Below, in pieces: positions 57,982 through 64,000 of a stretch of DNA of 64,000 nucleotides; position 1 is the first letter of the stretch, and each line of letters begins with the position of its first letter. The notes beneath the pieces were generated by a model. That model made no database searches. It saw only the letters and a program-made list of their open reading frames with translations, and was not told the DNA's origin. A program made the translations under genes and the position numbers. The DNA comes from Candidatus Heimdallarchaeota archaeon (GTDB taxonomy: Archaea > Asgardarchaeota > Heimdallarchaeia > Heimdallarchaeales > Heimdallarchaeaceae), in assembly GCA_016839945.1 (NCBI GenBank), contig JAEOTE010000025.1:12517-76516 (forward strand), read 5' to 3'.

Positions 57982-58125
57982 TCCAAAGAGTATTTTTTTC
58001 TAAATATTCAATTCCTATATATTTTCTTACTACGTGTTTTTTGTCAGAATAATGCGTTTTTTTGATGTTTTAAGCATATTATGTGGGTATTAAACCTTGT
58101 TTTTAAGTAAGAGTAAGATTCTTGA

Positions 58126-58497
58126 TTGATGAATGAAGAAGGGTCTATAATTAGCTATGTACTTAGAAAAGAATTTTCTACACGTAATATACACGTAAAT
58201 GAAAATGCAACTTTCAAATTTGGTCGTAAGAAATATATCCTTGATTTTTATCTAGAGGAAGATCACATTGCTATCATAACAATGAATTGGAAAAGGACAA
58301 TACCAACTAACAAACTTCTTCAACTTGAAGAATTAATTAAGTCACTTAACTTAAAGAAATTAGTTCTTATATGTAATTCAATTAGTGGAAACGCTAAGGA
58401 TTTCTTGGCAAGAAGAGATATCCCAATTCAAGTGATCCATCTTAATGAAATAATCTACAAAGAAAAGAGTATTGAGGACTTTATTGTTAGCTCCTAG
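58126..58497 (+). CDS. Small Mrr/restriction-endonuclease-fold protein, probably inactive
   Basis: G.K.YILDFY, WKRTI, LVLICNSISGNAK..L; no clear D-x(n)-E-x-K catalytic set. Confidence 0.6.
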   Translation: MMNEEGSIISYVLRKEFSTRNIHVNENATFKFGRKKYILDFYLEEDHIAIITMNWKRTIPTNKLLQLEELIKSLNLKKLVLICNSISGNAKDFLARRDIPIQVIHLNEIIYKEKSIEDFIVSS

Positions 58498-59524
58498 CTT
58501 TGTCTTTGTGGAAATAGCTTTCTAGAATTGTTTGCTTAGATAATGGATAAGCATTAAAACCTCTTCTTTGTAATTCTGCAGCAAATTTGATATTACTGCC
58601 ATAAATAGTGTATATACTATCAGGATCACATTTCTCGCATATCTCAATTAACTCTGAAAAATCTGCATGGTCACTAATGGGAATGCCATGATCCACATTC
58701 ATTCGAAACTTGTAGTTTGATGATATACACCAACCTGAAAAAGCAAATAATTTTGCATCGTATTTGTTTCTCATATACATATTAAATTCGTTTCTTCCTG
58801 ATCTTAAAGGGGCATAAAGTATCCAATTCTTCTTTTCTTCAAGTATCTTCTTTTCCTCAGCATTTTGGTATGAAATTGCAGGAATACTTCCTTTGATATT
58901 TCTTGAAAGTAAGAGATTATTGATTTTGAAGTTTGATTCATGCATTATGTTTAAGTCTGTTAAGTCTGAAAATGCATGATAAAGCATTTGTGCTTTCCCC
59001 AATGGATACCCCATTAGAACCACAGGAATGTCATCCTCCAGATATTTTCTGATTTCTTCTTTTGTTTCCGATATTATTTGACTGTAGTTTGGAAACTCAT
59101 AATTAGGAGAACCAAATGTACTTTCTATTATAAGAGTATCACATTTCTCGGGTTTGAAAGGTTCAAGAAATCCTTTATCTCTGATAGAAACATCACCAGT
59201 ATACACAAGTTTTCCTTCACTCGAATTAATAACCAAAGCAGTAGACCCTACAATGTGACCACTTGGTTTTTGAACAAATGATGTTCCATTCATTGAATAT
59301 TCTTGGAAAAAAGATGCTCCTTCGAAACTTGATGCAAAATGCTTGACTAACATCTCTGTTGTACTTGAAGTGATAATTTCTGTTGATGGTATTTTTCTAG
59401 GAATATGATCAGAATGAGCATGACTGTAAAAAATTAGAGGATAGAATTTTGAGTTAGTACTATCACAGACAACCTTCCAATCTTTTCCATCTACACAGAT
59501 AACATTAGACAAATAAACCTTCAT
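58487..59524 (-). CDS. Metallo-beta-lactamase / beta-CASP nuclease (no KH domain)
   Basis: SHAHSDH, SGHIVGS, YTGD, ESTFG.P.Y.FP, YPLGKAQ, FSGW, SDHADF. Confidence 0.9.
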   Translation of the reverse strand: MKVYLSNVICVDGKDWKVVCDSTNSKFYPLIFYSHAHSDHIPRKIPSTEIITSSTTEMLVKHFASSFEGASFFQEYSMNGTSFVQKPSGHIVGSTALVINSSEGKLVYTGDVSIRDKGFLEPFKPEKCDTLIIESTFGSPNYEFPNYSQIISETKEEIRKYLEDDIPVVLMGYPLGKAQMLYHAFSDLTDLNIMHESNFKINNLLLSRNIKGSIPAISYQNAEEKKILEEKKNWILYAPLRSGRNEFNMYMRNKYDAKLFAFSGWCISSNYKFRMNVDHGIPISDHADFSELIEICEKCDPDSIYTIYGSNIKFAAELQRRGFNAYPLSKQTILESYFHKDKARS

Positions 59525-59619
59525 TTAATATCTATAATTAAGAATATCAGATTGTATAAATAGATTTATCTTACTGATTGAAAAAAAAGATAAAAAATAA
59601 AAATAAATGTTTAAAAAAA

Positions 59620-60273
59620 CTATTTATTTTCCATGATTTCAATTGCTATACTTTTATCTGTAAGTTCTACATCTCGTGCAGCTTTACGGATAGCTTCTTT
59701 AGCAATTTCTACCATTTGATCAATAGTTAAATCTTCAGAGTATTTTTCCTTTAGATATGCAATCGCTTCAGAATCTCCTTCACCAATAGCTTTGGCTTTA
59801 CAGGACATAACTGCACCACCTGGGTCTACAAACTGAAGGTTTGGGCCTGTGTGATCTATACCACCAAAGAGAATTCCAACTCCAAATGGACGCAAACCTC
59901 CTTGTTGAGTAAAGATTTGAACATAATCTGCTATCTTAATAGCCAGTCCTCGTACATCTATTGCTTCTCTATATGTGAGTCTAAAAATCTCAGCTTCAAG
60001 GCGAGAACGACTTATGAGAACTCTTCCATCTGCAGCAACACCCGCAAAAATAGCTTGAATAACATCAGAGATTTTATGAATTTTAAGATCTGGTTCATTC
60101 AAATCAATTAAGCGCAATAATCCTGCTAAAACAACACCATTCTTGCTTTTTATACCGATTGCAATACTTCCTCTACGAACTGATTCACGTGCATATTCAG
60201 TCTGAATAATTCTACCTTCTGGTGAATACATAAGAGGAGATCTATCATATCCCATTGATTGTGGTCCTAACAT
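59620..60273 (-). CDS. psmA: Proteasome alpha subunit (short, divergent)
   Basis: GYDR...YSPEGRI.Q.EYA..SV.RG, ADGRVL, TQ.GG.RPFGV, DP.G, KAIG. Confidence 0.92.
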   Translation of the reverse strand: MLGPQSMGYDRSPLMYSPEGRIIQTEYARESVRRGSIAIGIKSKNGVVLAGLLRLIDLNEPDLKIHKISDVIQAIFAGVAADGRVLISRSRLEAEIFRLTYREAIDVRGLAIKIADYVQIFTQQGGLRPFGVGILFGGIDHTGPNLQFVDPGGAVMSCKAKAIGEGDSEAIAYLKEKYSEDLTIDQMVEIAKEAIRKAARDVELTDKSIAIEIMENK

Positions 60274-60277
60274 TTTT

Positions 60278-60940
60278 TTATTCCTCCATAATACTCTTTA
60301 CTTCTTCAGGAGTAAGTCGCTTTGTTCCTTTTTTGTTAACAACAGCTATATCCATTCCATCGCCAGTAGCAGTATCTCTACTAATGGCAGTTGCTAATGC
60401 TTTTATTGCTAATTTTATGCCTTCTGCTTCTGGAAGGTTTTCTTTCCAAGAGGATTCTAGAACACCATAAGCGATCATAGATCCAGATCCTGTAGATGCA
60501 AAATCTTCATCTGTTATACCACCTGCCATATCTAATGTGTAAACATGAGGTCCTTCTTCGTCTAGACCACATACTAACAAAGCAACCCAGTATGGAAAGT
60601 AAGATCGGTATTGTTCATACATGATTGATGCTAGGAGATTTCCAGCCATTTTTGTAGATGGTGGATAACCTCGTCCAAGCTCATATAGATTGATATTTGC
60701 TCTAGTTAGATTTACTAAGTATTGAGCATCAGATACTAATCCTGCAATTGTCGCTACAGTGAATTTATTTAATTCATGTACTTTCTCAGCCTTCTTTGAA
60801 GCAACAAAACTACCCATTGAAGCCCTTTTATCAGCTGCTACAGCTACACCATCTTTAAATCTGAGTGCAATTGTAGTGGTTCCATGTTTAGGATCCATGA
60901 ATGGGCTATTAGGTGTCCCGTTGAAATTCGGATTATTCAT
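60278..60940 (-). CDS. psmB: Proteasome beta subunit with 20-aa propeptide
   Basis: KHG|TTT cleavage site, AADKRAS, EKV (Lys33), AG.VSDAQ, GSGS..AYGVLE, RDTATGD. Confidence 0.95.
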   Translation of the reverse strand: MNNPNFNGTPNSPFMDPKHGTTTIALRFKDGVAVAADKRASMGSFVASKKAEKVHELNKFTVATIAGLVSDAQYLVNLTRANINLYELGRGYPPSTKMAGNLLASIMYEQYRSYFPYWVALLVCGLDEEGPHVYTLDMAGGITDEDFASTGSGSMIAYGVLESSWKENLPEAEGIKLAIKALATAISRDTATGDGMDIAVVNKKGTKRLTPEEVKSIMEE

Positions 60941-61005
60941 TTTATTTCCTCATTTTTTTTCTTATTCTCTAATTTAAATATTTAGTGATTTAACACTTGA
61001 AACGA

Positions 61006-61731
61006 TTAGTTATATGGAATTTCGTTAAATTGAATTTCCTCTTCAATATCAACCTCAAAATTGCTTTCGTTGGAGATTTCATTACTAATCCAATTAGAAA
61101 TCAGTTGCATCTCTGAATAACTAGGCTTGATTGAACGATATTCTATATCGATATATTCAGAATTTATGTACATGTGTATTTGATTTCCATTGTGATCTTC
61201 CCAGCATAATTCAAGACTTTGTTCTGCTTCTTTTCTATACAAATATCTGAAACGACTAAACCATTTCTTTTGTAGATATGATGCAAGAAACTCTTGTTCA
61301 TGTGGAGGAATAATCTTCAGTCTTTTCCAATTTGAGAAATATTGATTGTTATGAATGCTTACTGCCTTCTTACTTATTAACTCTTGAAATAACTGTCTAG
61401 TATACTCACTCCCTAAATCAGTTAATTCATAAGTACCGTTCTCGTTTTTGATCAAAAAATCTCTACTTTGTAATCTTTTTAGTGCTTTAGTCAACTGATG
61501 TTGATGCAAAGCTGTAGTCTTCTTCAATCCAGAAAATGAATATGAAATTCGAGAATCAGATAAAGTAAGCAGTAATTGAACCTCAGGAATTGTTAGATAA
61601 TTATAATCATCATTAAAGAAATAATCATAAGGCAAATTATCTAATGTAGGAACCGAATTGTATTTGTTTTCGGCTATAGGATAATCATAATGCCTTTGGT
61701 CAACATTCATTTTCTTCATTATATTTTTCAC
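61006..61731 (-). CDS. Winged-helix DNA-binding protein with C-terminal alpha/beta domain
   Basis: YSFSGLKKTTALHQHQLTKALKRLQSRDFLIK...GTYELTDLG. Confidence 0.78.
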   Translation of the reverse strand: MKNIMKKMNVDQRHYDYPIAENKYNSVPTLDNLPYDYFFNDDYNYLTIPEVQLLLTLSDSRISYSFSGLKKTTALHQHQLTKALKRLQSRDFLIKNENGTYELTDLGSEYTRQLFQELISKKAVSIHNNQYFSNWKRLKIIPPHEQEFLASYLQKKWFSRFRYLYRKEAEQSLELCWEDHNGNQIHMYINSEYIDIEYRSIKPSYSEMQLISNWISNEISNESNFEVDIEEEIQFNEIPYN

Positions 61732-61775
61732 ATACTTCTTTATAATGACTCAGTTATATCATAAAATATACAAAA

Positions 61776-63551
61776 TTATTGATTTTCAGTTTTTTTCTTA
61801 GTTTGTTTGCTATCTTTAGAAACTTTATTAGCTTCTTCTTCAGTGTCTAAAACAATTGTTTCTACAGCTGTGGGATGTAAGTATACTTCTCCATCAAGAA
61901 TTGTATAAGGTATTCTTCTTTGATCTATCCAAGGAGCCATCTCTCTAAATTCTTTAAACATATCATTACTCACAATCATACCATTTTCTTCTTCAGCTAG
62001 TCTTAAAATGAACTTATCACCATCTACTCTAGCTGGTAGCATTTTTATGGCGCCTTCTTTTACCAATTTATCCAATCTTCTTTGATCATCTATTTGATAT
62101 CTTAAAGCTGCGTCAGCAACAGTAATTATTTTTCTGAAATTTGCTTTGCTTAACCTGTTTATCATTGTTTCAATATTGCTAATTTTAGGTTTTTCAGAGA
62201 AACTTTTCTCTTCCCATGCAATATTACTCCCATCTAATACAGCTGTTTCTAGAGCATAAGATGTTACGGGATATGTTCTAGGGGCACTATCTCGAGCTCT
62301 TTGTGCAATTCCTTGGACAATGTCTCTAGAGAAATAAGCTATACCAATAAATAAGGAAGTAATAATAATTACGTAAATTATTATGGGATCAAAAGGTGGA
62401 GTAATCTCTTCTTGCGGAAAAACAGTGATAAATGTGAAAATTGTAGGTTGAAGGTTTGAATACCATCTGGTTTCTGAAATAGTAATCCATTCTAAATCTA
62501 TCCAAAATCTGAAGGAGGTTGTACCTTGAGTATGAGGTTCTCCTGATAATGAGAGATCATTGCTTCCAGACAATATTTGAATAGAATTTGGTAATCCACT
62601 TTCCTCAAATGCAATATTAGTACTTTCAACATAAGGAACTACTCTTAAGATTTCAATTTCATTGTTTGTTATTGTATAATGAACCTCACATGTTTCACCT
62701 TCAGTAGCATTAATTGGTAGATTCACATTGTTTACAACAATATCAGGCATGACAATTACATCTAAAGGGTCACTTGACCCAAGAATTTGAACTGCCGGTT
62801 CACCAATAATTCTATAGGAAAAAGTAAATGAGAATTTCTTATACAAGTAAGTTTCTGGATTGAATCTTATCTTATCATCATGTGATTGTCCCTCTGTTAG
62901 TATTAACTCAAAAGAATCAATAAAAGTATTTATTGAACCAGTAGTTCCTGAAGTCTCAATGTTTGTAATTGTAACATTCGTAACCGTTATTCCTCCAACA
63001 TTGGCAATGACATAATCTACTTCATTGATTGTATCTCGAGTCAAATAAGACGGATTTATGGGGAAGTACATTCTCACAATTCCTGTTTGGGAAATTGTTA
63101 GATTAAATGAAATATATTTAATATAAACTTCTGTGGAAGTACTATTTGCAAGAGCTGTAAGGTTATAAATTCCCTCGGGTTGGCTATTAAAGGTAGACCA
63201 AATTACTGTTTCATTAAAAATCTCCGTTGTATTAACAATTAGCTCTCTCCCATAAACAAAATCATGAGATGGATTTGTTATATTGTATTTTATCGTCGCA
63301 TCTGGAATAAACGTACCATTATCATATTGGAATTGAAAATAAATAAGGAGGTTATCTACTCCTCTAACAATTTCTGTTGAATTTAAACTTGCAGAGAAAG
63401 TAGCATTAAAAGAATTTGAATAGTAAAATTCTTCATTGTTATTTTGTTTAGCTATTGTGGAAAATGACTCAGAAGACTCTGTTATTACCAAACTTAACAA
63501 TAAGAAAAGTAAAATCCCTATTGACCTAATATTCAATAGCCTTCCAAACAT
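61776..63551 (-). CDS. Single-pass membrane protein with beta-rich ectodomain and cytoplasmic Zc3h12a/Regnase-type NYN ribonuclease domain
   Basis: Signal peptide, sequon-rich beta-sandwich-like region, TM PIIIYVIIITSLFIGIAYF, then AVLDGSNIA, VADAALRY, DGDKFIL.LAEE..G.IVSNDMFKEF...PWI..RRI. Confidence 0.85.
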   Translation of the reverse strand: MFGRLLNIRSIGILLFLLLSLVITESSESFSTIAKQNNNEEFYYSNSFNATFSASLNSTEIVRGVDNLLIYFQFQYDNGTFIPDATIKYNITNPSHDFVYGRELIVNTTEIFNETVIWSTFNSQPEGIYNLTALANSTSTEVYIKYISFNLTISQTGIVRMYFPINPSYLTRDTINEVDYVIANVGGITVTNVTITNIETSGTTGSINTFIDSFELILTEGQSHDDKIRFNPETYLYKKFSFTFSYRIIGEPAVQILGSSDPLDVIVMPDIVVNNVNLPINATEGETCEVHYTITNNEIEILRVVPYVESTNIAFEESGLPNSIQILSGSNDLSLSGEPHTQGTTSFRFWIDLEWITISETRWYSNLQPTIFTFITVFPQEEITPPFDPIIIYVIIITSLFIGIAYFSRDIVQGIAQRARDSAPRTYPVTSYALETAVLDGSNIAWEEKSFSEKPKISNIETMINRLSKANFRKIITVADAALRYQIDDQRRLDKLVKEGAIKMLPARVDGDKFILRLAEEENGMIVSNDMFKEFREMAPWIDQRRIPYTILDGEVYLHPTAVETIVLDTEEEANKVSKDSKQTKKKTENQ

Positions 63552-63669
63552 TTATACACTTCTATTCTATTCTATTCAATATAGCTTAAAAATGGGGTCT
63601 AATAAGTTTACCGAGAAAAACTTATAACAGAAAAATCGAAAAAAAATCTTCATTTTGAATGAAATTAGT

Positions 63670-63996
63670 TGGACGACGCGATAATACCCCTGATTTTGTT
63701 AGGAAGCCGTCTAGGACCTTCCTAGTAACATTCATCTATGCGCTTTACCCGGTTCATATGAACCCTATTTAAGCTTGCTCCAAGATGATTGACCGTTTCA
63801 ACGTATCCTATATCTTCCTCAGCAAATTATCTCAACAATGTCACCATTGTCTTCATCGCATCCTAGTCAACAGATATAGGTCGTTCCGTTTCTGTTCCAA
63901 GAGCCATGCTCTCACATGGTGGACTTGCGTCCACATCTTTTTACGGAGTCAGGAGGTTCCTCAGTGTAAACCGTAGTTACTCTACCGCCTCGTCCA
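63670..63996 (-). ncRNA. rnpB: Archaeal RNase P RNA
   Basis: Minus strand: P1 TGGACGAGGCG/CGCGTCGTCCA, CR-I GAGGAACCTCC, CR-II ACAGAAAC, CR-III TTGAAACGG, CR-IV AGATGAATG, CR-V ACAAAATCAGGGGTA; P4 CTCCTGA/TCAGGGG. Confidence 0.9.
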
Positions 63997-64000
63997 GTTA

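Noticed and set aside
63785-63976. 63-aa plus-strand ORF
   Set aside because: Lies antisense within the RNase P RNA gene.

Overview
A 64-kb, AT-rich, gene-dense archaeal chromosome segment with no recognisable mobile element, provirus or CRISPR array. Intron-containing tRNAs, an archaeal-type RNase P RNA, proteasome alpha/beta, CofC/CofD and many eukaryotic-signature-like proteins (small GTPases, longin-like domains, TPR-longin fusion) point to an Asgard archaeon, plausibly Heimdallarchaeia (inference). It holds about 60 CDS, tRNA-Thr(CGU), tRNA-Arg(CCU) and rnpB. The most notable items are: (1) a receptor-like single-pass membrane protein with a sequon-rich ectodomain and a cytoplasmic Regnase-1/Zc3h12a-type NYN RNase, in a same-strand run with rnpB, a wHTH regulator, proteasome beta/alpha and a beta-CASP nuclease; (2) an RNA polymerase Rpo5 with the eukaryotic Rpb5 N-terminal jaw domain and a 13 x 8-aa Lys/Pro/Thr repeat tail; (3) bacillithiol genes bshA and bshC; (4) an OST48/Wbp1-like protein; (5) a second receptor-like protein (beta-helix, TM, longin/DENN-like tail); (6) KstD, PlsY, split oapAB/oapC, hgcC-arsM and a B3-like DNA-binding protein. 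All family calls come from motifs read by eye; no database searches were run.
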